Assembly (NCBI GenBank): GCA_965237955.1 | Contig: OZ250169.1 | Location: forward strand, 4,512,001 to 4,576,000 | Length of the DNA: 64,000 nt | Origin: Candidatus Marinacidobacterales bacterium | GTDB lineage: Bacteria > Acidobacteriota > Vicinamibacteria > Marinacidobacterales > SMYC01 | Reading direction: 5' to 3' | In this document: in pieces, positions 51,138-64,000 of the stretch | Numbering within the stretch: the stretch's first letter is position 1 | How the letters are laid out: every line of letters begins with the position of its first letter | Notes under the pieces: model-generated | Database searches by the model: none | The model's input: the letters and a program-made list of their open reading frames with translations, nothing else | What the model was told of the DNA's origin: nothing | Translations under genes and position numbers: made by a program

Positions 51138-52649
51138 CTAATAAGGATTCGACGGCATCATGTCCCACGCCTCAAGTTTCGGAATCTTCACAGAACCGCC
51201 TTTTGAAAAAACAACTACATTGACACTGTCTTTCTTCGTGGGATATATACGACGTATCACAGCCTGGCGATTGTTTGCAAAAACTTCCACAACGGATTTA
51301 TCCACGAACACTCTCAGCCTCAGTGTCTCACCCCGCTTGAGTTCCAGCGGGCCTGCCTCGACGGACTTCGGACCCTCGCCAAGACTGGACTTGTTGGTAT
51401 CGACCTTGAGCTTCATATCGTTCGTATCGAAATAGACAAGCGTCTCTTCCTGGCCATCAGGCGAAGCACACACCTTGACTCCGAACTGCTGCGCACCTTT
51501 GGGCACCATCTCTATCGAAATCTCAATGCTGTTACCGCGGATATCGTTTAATGGCAACTCGGAATCGGCTTTGACAGTAAGATTCTTCATCTTTTTAGGA
51601 TTGTATCGCAGCATTTTGAGTTCTTCCGGCGGTGACATCCGAAGGGTGTCGTCTTTTGCCAGCCAAAGCACCCGCGGCAGACTCATGGTTCCCCGCCAAC
51701 CGCTTCCGATGTGTATTTTCTTGCTTCTGGTGTCGCGTATCCAGCCCCACATAATCCGGCGGCCCTTGTCGTCCAGCAAACTCTCGGGAGCGAAATACGC
51801 ATTGTCAACCCAGCTCATTTGCTCGTGGAATTCAGGATAGAACTGCTCGTTCTTCCATTGGCCTAGGTAATAACGAACGCCAAGCCTGTGACTGATACTC
51901 AGAAGCATGTGTTTATTGCCTAGCTTGAAAAAATCGGCGCAGGATACATCTTCGCTAATGCTCACATCGCCGACAGTGTGTGCAAATAAGTCACCAACAT
52001 ACTTCCACGGTCCTTCCAGGCTTTTGGACTTGACGATTGCGGGCCTTTTCCCGCCGAAGATAGCGTAGTAGGTATCCCCCTCAAGCCAGCCGTAAGGATC
52101 CCATGAACCGTACTTGCCATGATGAGGGTCGCCCTGGCCGGTTTCCGGAGTAATGGGGTTTGAATCTAGCTTCTTCCAGGTGTCCAGATTATCATCCAGC
52201 GCAACTGCCATAGCATTGCCTGCCATAGCATTGCCCTGTTGGACGAAGTCTCGGTTCAAATTCGTCTCGTGGTAGCACATGGTCGGCACGCCGTCTTTAT
52301 TGAGAAAACAGTTTCCGCTGAACATACCAGTCACCAGTCCCGTCGGGTGATGACGCCAGTGCATCAGGTCTATACTCGAAATATGTCCCCAGTTGTGACC
52401 CCGGTAGTCCTGGAAAATATAGAAAAGATGGTATCTGCCTTTCCAGAAGATTGCGCCGTTAGGATCAAAAGGCGAAGCTCGCCCCTCGAGTATGACGAAA
52501 TGATACCCTGGCCGATACGGATCAACGAGCAGCTTCTCCCTCAGAGCACGCACTTGCTCATTGAGACTCTCCTGCGCCGCCAACGGGCGAGAAGCGGCGG
52601 CGAAGCCCGCGGCACTGGATGCCAGGAACGCTCTTCGGTCGAGTTTCAT
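51138..52649 (-). CDS. Tat-exported GH32 glycoside hydrolase
   Basis: DRRAFL Tat signal; RPGYHF, FDPNG, YHLFY, WGH..S.D..HW, FSG, WDP, YAPES..D..GRRIMWGW, SLPR, FVDKSVVEVFAN. Confidence 0.9.
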   Translation of the reverse strand: MKLDRRAFLASSAAGFAAASRPLAAQESLNEQVRALREKLLVDPYRPGYHFVILEGRASPFDPNGAIFWKGRYHLFYIFQDYRGHNWGHISSIDLMHWRHHPTGLVTGMFSGNCFLNKDGVPTMCYHETNLNRDFVQQGNAMAGNAMAVALDDNLDTWKKLDSNPITPETGQGDPHHGKYGSWDPYGWLEGDTYYAIFGGKRPAIVKSKSLEGPWKYVGDLFAHTVGDVSISEDVSCADFFKLGNKHMLLSISHRLGVRYYLGQWKNEQFYPEFHEQMSWVDNAYFAPESLLDDKGRRIMWGWIRDTRSKKIHIGSGWRGTMSLPRVLWLAKDDTLRMSPPEELKMLRYNPKKMKNLTVKADSELPLNDIRGNSIEISIEMVPKGAQQFGVKVCASPDGQEETLVYFDTNDMKLKVDTNKSSLGEGPKSVEAGPLELKRGETLRLRVFVDKSVVEVFANNRQAVIRRIYPTKKDSVNVVVFSKGGSVKIPKLEAWDMMPSNPY

Positions 52650-53452
52650 GACTTCACCTCCAAAGACTTCACCATTCTAAACGCACGCTGCCCGGATGGG
52701 TACACGCCTACCCCGTCTCGGAGACGCAATCCGTGGCGCGCGAAAAACCGTTGCGCCCTCGAGTTCCCTTCGGCGACCACGAGCCACACTTCGCGCGCCG
52801 GTGTTTAGCTTAAGAAGAGCGAAACAACAAACCTTCCTAGAAAGTTTTTGGCACCTGTTAGCAAGTATGCGCTTCGCTTTTTCGCAAAAGAGCCGGGACT
52901 CAAGGGTTCTCTCGATATCATGGTGGGGACGAGCAGGCTTCCCCCGGAACAGAGTCAAGTCATACAAGCTGTTCTCATCCAGAATGGACTTCTACCGGAG
53001 CTAAACGAAAACCAACTCGTCACTACAGGAGATGGGAGTGCGTATTCCAGCCATCGTGAACGCCGAATCCAGAGCAAGCTGAACAGCGAATCCGGTGAAG
53101 CCGAACGCTCATCGAAGCGATGAAGTGTTGGGTGACCTCCTTTCCACTGATTGAAAACGTGAACCTATCTTACCTGCGTGTTGTGTAGCAAGGGGCGGCA
53201 GGTCGCTGCCTACGGGAGCGGGCGTAAGGAAAGACGCGAAGCGACCTTCCCGCTCCCGTAGGCAGCGACCTGCCGCGGCCGAACCCCGGGCGATGTGGGG
53301 CTGGTTTCGGGGGGTTGCTGGGGTATGGCCTGGCTCGAGAAGACGCTTCCTGAGGCATTCTCGCGCGTCGTTTTGGCGCCGCATCGTCTGGTACCCCGGG
53401 TTTGGCGGTTTCACCCGTTTTTATCGCATCGACGCTGTGGTCCCTCGCTCGC

Positions 53453-54211
53453 TCATGCATCGGCGTTGTCAAATGCCTTTGGCGCAGCCTTGGTCTTTCT
53501 CAGAGAAGCTCCTTTGAGAGTGATGCGGTGCGCGCTGTGGAGAATGCGATCGCAGATAGCGTCTGCCTGGTTTGGGTCGCCAATCGCTTCGTGCCACTGC
53601 TTGAGCGGAATCTGGGTCGCGATGAGTGTGGAGCCACGCTCGGCGCGGTCTTCGATGACCTCCATTAGATCCCGTCTCTCCGATTCTTTCAGCGGGTGAA
53701 GCAGCCAATCATCGATAGCCAGTAAGTCCAGCTTGGCGAGTTTCGTCAAAAGCCGGGCGTAGGAACCATCACCACGAGCGACCGCGAGCTCGTGGAGCAA
53801 GCGCGGTGCTCGCACGTAGCATCCGGTGAAGCCGCGACGACAGGCCCGCTCCACGAAGGCGCAAGCCAAGAACGATTTGCCAATCCCCGTCGGGCCGGTG
53901 ATGAGCAGGTTATGGCGCTCACCGACAAAGCGGCAGTTGCCCAGGCTCAAGATCTGTTCGCGGTTTAAGCCTCGAGGCGCTTGGAAGTTCACGTTCTCCA
54001 AACATGCCGGATAGCGGAGCTTTGCCGCTCGCAGTCGTCGAGAAAGCTTACGCTGTTCGCGGGCGGTCCACTCGGCATCGACCAGGAGTCCCACACGTTC
54101 CTCGAAGCTCAGCTCCTTGTATTCGCTCGAGCTCAACTGGGTTTCGAACGCGGACACCAAGCCGAACAACTTCATGGCGTTCATCTTTTCTATCGTTTCG
54201 GGTGTCAGCAT
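53453..54211 (-). CDS. istB: IS21 helper ATPase IstB
   Basis: [31 protein letters not shown]...ADAICDRI.H. Confidence 0.93.
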   Translation of the reverse strand: MLTPETIEKMNAMKLFGLVSAFETQLSSSEYKELSFEERVGLLVDAEWTAREQRKLSRRLRAAKLRYPACLENVNFQAPRGLNREQILSLGNCRFVGERHNLLITGPTGIGKSFLACAFVERACRRGFTGCYVRAPRLLHELAVARGDGSYARLLTKLAKLDLLAIDDWLLHPLKESERRDLMEVIEDRAERGSTLIATQIPLKQWHEAIGDPNQADAICDRILHSAHRITLKGASLRKTKAAPKAFDNADA

Positions 54212-55439
54212 CGGGACTCTCCTCCTTCGTAGTGATCCGCGCCTCGGATGTTCTCGTGCTCCTCTCGCGGTTTCGCTTCGGCGTCCGATTCGAGCACCAC
54301 ACGATCCAGACCAGCCGAGAGAATGTTTTTCACCGTGCGATAGCTGTAAGAGCTCAAAGCTTCCGCTCGTGCGCAAGCGGCCTCGAGACGCTCACTGCCC
54401 CAGCGGCTGCCTAGTCGCATGACTCCCAGGCAAGAGCGAAATCCCTGCTCCGGGTGAGGCCGACTCTCTAGAATCCCCGCAACCAGCCTTCCCGTGGCGC
54501 GACCTGACTGCTCCGCCCAGTGGAGCAGCCGCGACGGCGTCCACTCCAGGTGCTCCCGATGCGAACGTGGCATATGCTCCGGGTTCGTGGAGTAGTGCCC
54601 CTTTCCTTTCTTGCGGGGATGCGACGCGACGCGCTTTCCCTTGAACAGGACCTCCACCACCGAGGCCGTCACCCGTGCCTCGACTTTCTCGTGAATGAGC
54701 TGATAGGGAACGCTGTACAAGTTGTTCTCCACCTCCACGTGGTAGTCGATGTTCACTCTGCACCGCTTCCACGTCGATAACTCGTAGCTCTCCTGCGGTA
54801 GCGGTTTCAGTACGGGCCGGTCTAGCCTTTCGTACAACTCCCGCCGACTCACACCGAGCTTCTGCATCGGACGCGCATTCAGGACCTCTAACTTCTCCCA
54901 GATGGCTTCGTTCAGTTCCGCCAGGCTGAAGAACGTGCGATGACGAAGCACCGCCAGGATCCAGCGCTGCGCCACCTGCACTGCCGACCCCACCCCGAAA
55001 AATCGACGAATGTCTTCTCGCCTGCTCGATGCCGTTGACGCATCGTCGGGTTCAGCTTCTTCTTCCACTGACCGTACAGCTCGCAATAACGGCTGTAGCC
55101 GTACGCTCCCGGCTTATTCTCCGCGTACTCCACCCACAGCTGCAGCAACGTCAGCTCTCGGTGACGCCTCAGCTCCTCGTGGATGTGGGCATAGTCCAGA
55201 CCCGGCCGTGCGCCAGACGAGCCCGGCGGCGGAAACAGCCCTGCCTCCAGCTCCCCTTCGCTCAGCTCCTCCGGGAGCGGCCAGCTCAGACCACCCTTCT
55301 TCGCCTTGGCCAGGTACTCACTCACCGTTCCAACCGCCACGCGAAGTGCCTTTGCGATCATGCGGTGAGTAAAACCCAGCTCGTACTTTAACCTTAGAAC
55401 CTCTCGTATTTTTCTCATCGATAACCTCTTAGCTGCCAT
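54205..55439 (-). pseudogene. istA: IstA transposase lacking its DDE core
   Basis: N-terminus [29 protein letters not shown] is joined out of frame (~54995) to [24 protein letters not shown]. Confidence 0.88.
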
Positions 55440-55899
55440 TTCCTAGATCGTCCTCCTTCCGGGTACGACCTAGAGTTGCCTTGAAACGTGCTATCGATGA
55501 GCGTTCGCGATGCCGGAACCGGCGTTCACGTTGCCTGGAATCCGTGTTCACCTTCCCCGGAATCGATGTTCACGATCCCCGGAATCCGTGTTCACGATGC
55601 TTTGGAATGGATGTTCACCTTCGGCTGGAATCTGCGTTCACGATGCCCCGGAATACACAATGGGAGGACGTTTCTCAGGTACTACCGCCAGAAATACGCG
55701 GTTGACCCACATCTTCCCATATCTCCAGGTGTGGTTCACTCAGCCGCTGGTACGGCTACCGGAAGAAGTCGGGCCTCAGCCATAGCGACGACTAACCTCC
55801 CGCCTGGGGGCTCCGGGTCGAGGTTCGGATTCCAGGACAAGCGAAAGCAAGGACCAGCCGAATCACAAGACGAGTAGCACTTCGAGGGACAGCTTTAGG

Positions 55900-56064
55900 C
55901 CGTCGCCCCTCACTTTGCCCCGACTTTGCCCGTTTTGCTGGCGGGTTCTGGTCGATTCTGGTCGTTTCCACCTTCCAGGAGGCTCATAAGTGGATGGAAT
56001 CTAACCAGAATCCACCAGAAGCGACCAGCAGAGACCACATGCGCGAGCCCTGAAAATCCTTGCG
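55900..56064 (+). repeat. att-like module B with a truncated (15-nt) tRNA-Phe fragment
   Basis: 2x ACTTTGCCC, inverted repeat 55937-56029, then CTGAAAATCCTTGCG at 56050-56064. Confidence 0.85.
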
Positions 56065-56399
56065 ATCTATTCGCGAATTCCCTGGTTTCGAGCCGTCGCT
56101 GTTGAGGCCGCCCCCAATGGCCAAGGCAGCCTGCGCCGCCATCGGGCATTCCGGCACGGTGCCACTCCCAAGCGTGTTACGACGCCCCGCTGCGTCGCTT
56201 CTCCTCAAGATCTCACGATCCCAACCGCGCGGCGGGGAGATACATGTTGACGACTGACGCATGACCATCGCGTGAATCACGTGTTCGCAAAGCTAGTGCA
56301 ATTCAATTAGAAAAATAAATTCGTTAATGCTATAAAGGACTCACAGACGAGGCTCGCAGACGAAAGGTCCCGGCGGCCAACTCTAAACGGAGGTGATCC

Positions 56400-59031
<2,632 letters not shown>

Positions 59032-59034
59032 CTA

Positions 59035-60232
59035 GTACCCGTCCTGAAGCCTGTAAGGGATTGAGAAAAAAGGAGAAATCGCAAATTTAGGGCTAGTCTT
59101 CTGAGGGGGTGTCGATTAGGACCGTGTCGTTGAAAACATCCGATTCTAAATGACTTAACTCCAAAGGAGACCAGCCCTAAATGCGAAAAACGATCAACCC
59201 ACAGCCAAATCTACGTGAGCCCTGGCTGGAGCTGGAGCACGCACGCGAACTCGAAACGATCTCGTCGCTGCTCGATGCCCATCCTAAGCTCAATGAGCTG
59301 GTACTGCAAGACCTGAAGTCGGTCACCCCATCGGCAGGGAGCGATGTTGGTCGTGGGGGAATGAGCGCGGAGCAGGTTCTCCGGGCGTTGTTGGTCAAGC
59401 AGCTGAATCAGTTCAGCTATCGAGAGCTGGCGTTTCACTTGGCAGACTCTCGAAGCTATCGGACGTTTTGCCAGCTCGGCATCATAGAGCCGACCCCGTC
59501 GAAGTCGACCCTAGCAGCAAACATCAAAGCCGTGAAGTTCGAAACGCTGGAGCAGATCAACCGAGAGCTGGTGAGCGTTGCCGAGGATGCTGGGACCGGC
59601 GCGAGACCCTCTACGGTCACAAGGTGTGTCTGACTGGTGGTTCGTCCTCGATGATTTTGGATTGCGTGATCTTGGATGGGAATCCGGCCGATTCAACTCT
59701 CGCGGAAACCATGATCGACCGTCTAGTCGAACTCTACGAGCGGGCCCCGCGCCAGGTCGCCTACGATGGCGCGTTTTCTTCAAAGGCAAACTTGGAAGCC
59801 ATCAAAGGCAAGGGAGTTGAAGATGTTGCCTTTACCAAGGCTCAAGGTTTCGCCGTGACCGATATGGTCAAGAGTTCCTGGGTCTATCAACGCCTGCGGC
59901 GATTTCGCTGCGGGATCGAAGGCGTCATTTCGTTCTTGAAACGAGTCTTTGGTCTCGACCGATGCACATGGCGCTCATTGCCTTCTTTTAAATCGTACGT
60001 ATGGGGTTCCATCATCACCTGCAATCTACTGGTGATGGCGAGACATCTATTAAGATAATAACTATTACTCTTCCGCTCCCATAGCCTTGGATTCCTGACG
60101 ATTCGCCTCTCGTTTCGTCCAAGATTTTCATTCGCTCTCAACCCTACGAAGTTCCCTACCGAAACCGTATAATACCCACATCTTCGGTAGGCCTGTCGCA
60201 CACCACAAGTTATGGTGTTTCTGGACAGGAAC
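59035..60232 (+). mobile_element. ISNCY-type (ISDol1-like) element with internally deleted transposase
   Basis: Imperfect IRs GTACCCGTCCTGAA / TTCTGGACAGGAAC, flanked by TAACTAACTA; N-terminus GMSAEQVLR..SYRELAFHLADS fused to C-terminus YGHKV.L..GNPADS..DG.F..FRCGIEGVISFLKR.FGL.RC. Confidence 0.8.
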
Positions 60233-60370
60233 TAACTAACTAACCAACGCGAATCCCGACGCGGGCGTCCTAGCGCAACCGCCCGCGTTCGGCTCGCGTC
60301 CCAGGGAACGCCCCAGGGCTTGGATTCTCAGGCGAAAACGCGAACCGAATAACGTCGGCAACCACGTAAT

Positions 60371-60565
60371 CCGTCGCCCCTCACTTTGCCCCGACTTTCC
60401 GTCTTGCTCGCGGGTTCTGGTCGATTCTGGTCGTTTCCACCTTCCAGGAGGCTGATCAGTGGATGGAATCTAACCAGAATCCACCAGAAGCGACCAGCAG
60501 AGACCACATGCGCGAGCCCCCTGAAAATCCTTGCGTCGGTGGTTCAATTCCACTCCCCGGCACCA
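60371..60565 (+). repeat. att-like module C with a perfect 45-nt tRNA-Phe 3' copy (outer attR)
   Basis: Nearly identical to module B; 60521-60565 equals 43218-43262. Confidence 0.9.
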
Positions 60566-60688
60566 CTGAGTGCCCGCTGAATCAACGACTGGTGATTTCG
60601 TCCAGTGTGAGAGGGCGTTCCGCGAAGCCGAACTCGCTGAACCGCTTCACGTGAGTTCCGCACGTGCCGCCATTGGCGCAGAGTCGGC

Positions 60689-60865
60689 TCAATCCTGGAC
60701 CGCTGCCTCCACGGCTTTTATGAACGGCGGCTCCAACTCTACTCCGGACAGCGCCGTCGGCCAGGCGCTCTGGGTCACGATCACCAAGTCCAACTCCGGG
60801 TTGATGTGGACCGTCTGTCCGAAAATCCCGAGTGCGTGATACGCGGGACCGCGGTCGTCCACCAC
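60689..60865 (-). pseudogene. C-terminal fragment of a class C beta-lactamase-like serine hydrolase
   Basis: AYHALGIFGQTVHINPELDLVIV. Confidence 0.65.
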
Positions 60866-61296
60866 ATGAGGCCGTAGCCGCTTTGCGGGTACGCCGCCAC
60901 CGGCACTATCAAGTTGGCGAATCGCGCCCAATATCGTGGGGCTCAAGGATGCGCCGTCAACCATATCTTGGGGTCGAATTGGCTTCGAAGCCCTCAACTT
61001 GACAATACCCCCTGGAGCGCTCGGCTTCTATGTAGTGTCATCGGCACGGCTCGGGTCCGCCCCTGCGGACAGGGAGCTTGCCCGGCACGTTTCCGCCTGA
61101 TACCTCATATAGACGAAATTTGGGGCGGGAAACTTCCCGCGATGCGAGGATGCTTAGTCCACTGACCTATTACGAAATAGGTAAGAATTCCGATTGAAGC
61201 AGATGGAGGTCGAGCGGTTTGCTTTCATTGCGTGACGGGAGTACATTTTCGGTCGGCGGCGGTCCCGTCCTCGTTCGTAAACCTCTCGCCATCCAG

Positions 61297-61969
61297 ATGC
61301 TCACGTGGTTAAGCAGGAAGACCAAAGCCAGGGAGGCAACCAAGAGAAAGGCAATCGTGTTTCTAGTGATGATGTCCGCTCCCGCCATCGCAGCTGCGCA
61401 GACTGCCGCTCCCTCGTTTGCCGAGCTAAACCGCCAGCAGGCGCTAAAGGAGGGAGATACGGTTTTGATCACGTATGTCCTGGAGGAAGGAGGCCCGTTA
61501 CACTGAGACAGAGGCCAAGGTCGAAAGCGTGACGGACACGGCGATCACGGTCCGAGTGGAGTCCCCGCCGTCGGGGGCGACCGACCTAGAGGTGACGTCG
61601 ACGGAGGATGGAGCGCAGATCGTGATCCCGGAGAATCGCGTGAGGCGAATTTCGCGTGAGCACAAGGATACGGTTTGGAAAGGCGCCGCGATCGGCGCCG
61701 CAGTCGGTGGTGGTCTCTACGTCGGTCTTGCAGCGTACTGTCGTCGAGCCGCTGATTGCCACGCCACTCTTGCCGACGACCTTGCCTATATGGGAATATT
61801 TACAGGCATCGGCTTCGGCGTCGGAGCAGGAGTGGACGCGCTGATTGGTGGTTCGCGATCGGATCTGGTCTACCTGGCTCCCGGGTCGAGCAGTAGCTCG
61901 TTCACCGTCTCGCTCTCCCCCATTCTCTCGAGGGACCGGAAGGGGGTTCTTTTTTCGATAAGCTGGTAG
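61297..61969 (+). pseudogene. Exported glycine-zipper-like hypothetical protein, frameshifted near 61495
   Basis: Signal peptide plus SFAEL...LKEGDTV in one frame; D.VWKGAAIGAAVG..GAGVDAL..VSLSPILS..KGV..S.SW in another. Confidence 0.55.
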
Positions 61970-62149
61970 ATCGATCCACTCGAAGCTGGGTCGCTCTATG
62001 GGACGCTTGCTCGTCCCTCCACGGTCGGCAGCTCGGCGAGCGAAGCCCGGGTCGGTGCTTGCGCTGTTCGCTGTTGATCAAGCAGCCGCTCTTTGATCGG
62101 GCGGCCACGAGGACCGCAGCTCGGCTGCGCGAGGTTCCGTGAGGTGGAC

Positions 62150-62400
62150 GGTAACAGAGACGAGCACGACCGGCACAAAAAGACGTAGAGAGACACCGCG
62201 TGCGGTGAAGATATCGCTCAAGGTCAATCGCTTACTCACCAAACGGCCTGCATCGCCGGCGTCCTGGTCTCTCGCCCGAACTTCAAGCTCTGTGCGGCCG
62301 GACGAAGTTGTCATGACAACGCAGAACTCAACGTGCTCGCGGAGCTGGTCTTGGCAACGGGCGTGGCATGGCGAGCGACGGCGCAACTAAGCCGACCCTT
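62150..62400 (-). mobile_element. IS1-like transposase C-terminal remnant
   Basis: Broken frames LRCHDNFVRPHRA.KFGRETRTPAMQAG.VSKRLTLSDIF. Confidence 0.5.
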
Positions 62401-62587
62401 GACGAATGGTAAGGTTGAAGCGCTCTGCCGCAGTGGAGTAGTCCAGGCGATAAGGCGCGGGTTTCCAATCTCGACGCTGCAAGCGCAGAATCGCGCTTGC
62501 TTTTCCTTGTTCGATCCGATTAGCATCAAAAGCTTGGGAAGTGGTGTGCCACAGTTGGAGTTGTGATCTTTTAGAAGAGAGTGCTGT

Positions 62588-64000
62588 ATGCCTATCGTCC
62601 TCGACGGTTCGTCATTGACGGTTGAAAAACTGGATCAAATCGCTAGACGAGGTGAACCAGTTGAGCTCCATCCCGACGCCCTTGCGCGAATCAAGGTGTG
62701 TCGAGCCATGCTAGAAAAAAAAATTGCTGCGCGAGAGACCATGTATGGTGTCAACACGGGCATCGGAGAGTTCTCTGAAGTCGTTCTCGATGACGAACAA
62801 GTACAGCAGTTCCAGAAATACCTGATTTACAACCATGCCGCGGGGATTGGTGAGCCCGCAGCGATCGATGCGGTTCGGGGCGCCATGGCGAGTCGCATCA
62901 ATGTTCTCGCCAAAGGGAACTCAGGGTGTCGGCCGGAGATCACCGAGACCCTCGTGACGCTACTCAACAAAGGCGTGACACCTGTCGTCTGCCAAAAAGG
63001 CTCGGTCGGTGCCAGTGGTGATTTGGCCCCCATGGCTCAAATCGCTTTGTTGATGATGGGTGAAGGCGAGGCCTTTTATGAGGACAAGCGCCTGCCGGCA
63101 AGAGAGGCTATGGAAAAGGCCGTGGTACCCATACCCGGACTCCAAGCTCGCGATGGTCTAGCGACAATCAATGGTTCCAATTTCATGACATCGATGAGCG
63201 CGCTACAACTCTACGACATTGACCGCTGGCTCAAGCAGGCAGAAATTGCCTGTGCGATGTCATTGGAAGCACTCTTTGCAAACCTGAAGCCCTACGACGT
63301 GCGCTTGCACGAAAAACGCGGCTTTGCCGGTGCCGTTCGCTCTGCAAAGAGCATCATGAAGTGTGTGGAGGGTGGCGATCTCGTGACGGGAAAAATCAAG
63401 ACCCGAGTGCAAGATGCCTACTCCATGAGGTCCTCCCCGCAAGTGATCGGTGCCGTTCACGATGCCGTCGCCTATGCAAAAAAGCAGGTCGAGATCGAAC
63501 TAAACGGTGTCGGAGACAATCCGATTTTTCTTCCCGAGGACCAACTGATACTGACGGGCGCGAATTTTCAAGGCACTCCGGTTTGCTTGCCGATGGACAT
63601 GGTGGGGGCCGCCGTCACGATGGTATCCGTCCTTTCGGAGCGTCGTTTGAACCGTCTCACCAATCCCGCATTGAGTCAGGGGCTTCCTGCCTTTTTGACC
63701 AAGGGTGCAGGTATGTTCTCCGGCTTGATGCTCAGTCAGTACACGGCGGATTCCCTCATCGTTGAACAGAGAATCCTGTCGGCCCCGGCAAGCACGATGT
63801 CCATTCCCGCCGCCGCCGATCAGGAAGACTTTGTTTCTATGGGAATGAATACGGCGATCAAGAACCTGCAAATCCTGGACAACGCCTATGGAGTGCTCGG
63901 CATCGAGCTCATGGCGGCGGCTCAGGCGTTGGATTTTCGGGACTTTCGGCCAGGTCGTGGAGTCTCCACTGCGCATAGCGTCGTACGCTTGCATGTGGAG
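62588..64000 (+). CDS. MIO-dependent aromatic amino acid ammonia-lyase (HutH/PAL family), runs off the window
   Basis: Not in the ORF track. YGVNTGIG, GSVGASGDLAP (MIO-forming ASG), QDAYSMR..PQV.G, DNP, GANFQG, SERR, QEDFVSMG. Confidence 0.92.
   Translation, partial: MPIVLDGSSLTVEKLDQIARRGEPVELHPDALARIKVCRAMLEKKIAARETMYGVNTGIGEFSEVVLDDEQVQQFQKYLIYNHAAGIGEPAAIDAVRGAMASRINVLAKGNSGCRPEITETLVTLLNKGVTPVVCQKGSVGASGDLAPMAQIALLMMGEGEAFYEDKRLPAREAMEKAVVPIPGLQARDGLATINGSNFMTSMSALQLYDIDRWLKQAEIACAMSLEALFANLKPYDVRLHEKRGFAGAVRSAKSIMKCVEGGDLVTGKIKTRVQDAYSMRSSPQVIGAVHDAVAYAKKQVEIELNGVGDNPIFLPEDQLILTGANFQGTPVCLPMDMVGAAVTMVSVLSERRLNRLTNPALSQGLPAFLTKGAGMFSGLMLSQYTADSLIVEQRILSAPASTMSIPAAADQEDFVSMGMNTAIKNLQILDNAYGVLGIELMAAAQALDFRDFRPGRGVSTAHSVVRLHVE

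Larger units (their letters stand above)
53039..55659 (-). mobile_element. IS21-family element with internally deleted istA
   Basis: Ends TGCGTATTCC / GGAATACACA, 7-bp TSD ATGGGAG (53032-53038, 55660-55666), subterminal GGAATC..TGTTCAC repeats. Confidence 0.93.
52820..55877 (+). pseudogene. Gene fragment with wHTH-like end, interrupted by IS21
   Basis: Removing the IS21 and one TSD gives one frame: ...VLIQNGLLPELNENQLVTTGDGR|TFLRYYRQKY...QDE*. Confidence 0.55.

Noticed and set aside
55510-55659. About seven ~21-22-bp-period repeats GGAATC..TGTTCAC that look like a CRISPR or iteron array
   Set aside because: No unique 30-40-bp spacers; they lie at the IS21 left end and mirror repeats at 53039-53110, typical IS21 subterminal transposase-binding repeats.
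61020-61220. Hairpin-rich intergenic stretch as a possible riboswitch
   Set aside because: No recognisable conserved riboswitch motif by eye.

Overview
GC-rich bacterial DNA, probably from an Acidobacteriota genome of Vicinamibacteria type. This is an inference from the Ser/Thr kinase-PD40 remnant and the 'PVRVGGNI..PKRVKYV.P.YP' TonB C-terminal domain. The window has three zones. (1) 1-19.5 kb is an IS-riddled mosaic: IS3, two ISL3, three IS5/IS903-like, IS91, IS110, IS481-like and IS1-like pieces. Between them lie lower-GC cargo genes (ArgE-like M20 deacylase, GH43-CBM32, GH3), an actP-type solute symporter pair and a solitary attC-like site. (2) 19.9-41.1 kb is core-like backbone: phosphosugar mutase, Zn amidohydrolase, ZIP transporter, LytS/LytTR pair, lat, maf, mocA-like, dciA-like, thiolase/hbd and recA. 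It also holds an unannotated ~190-nt rod-shaped RNA candidate with its own sigma70 promoter. (3) 41.2-64 kb has a hicB-hicA pair whose toxin is split by a MITE and an IS3, then tRNA-Phe(GAA). The tRNA is followed by a tandem array of three integrase-less segments, each ending in a conserved ~140-bp arm/hairpin module fused to a copy of the tRNA-Phe 3' half. Their cargo is an AlgI/AlgJ/AlgX O-acetylation operon, a Tat-exported GH32 and a Zn-ribbon-SH3-TonB protein. The window ends in a MIO-dependent ammonia-lyase. The tRNA-anchored cassette-like array is the most notable structure. All calls come from reading the sequence and motifs; no database searches were run.
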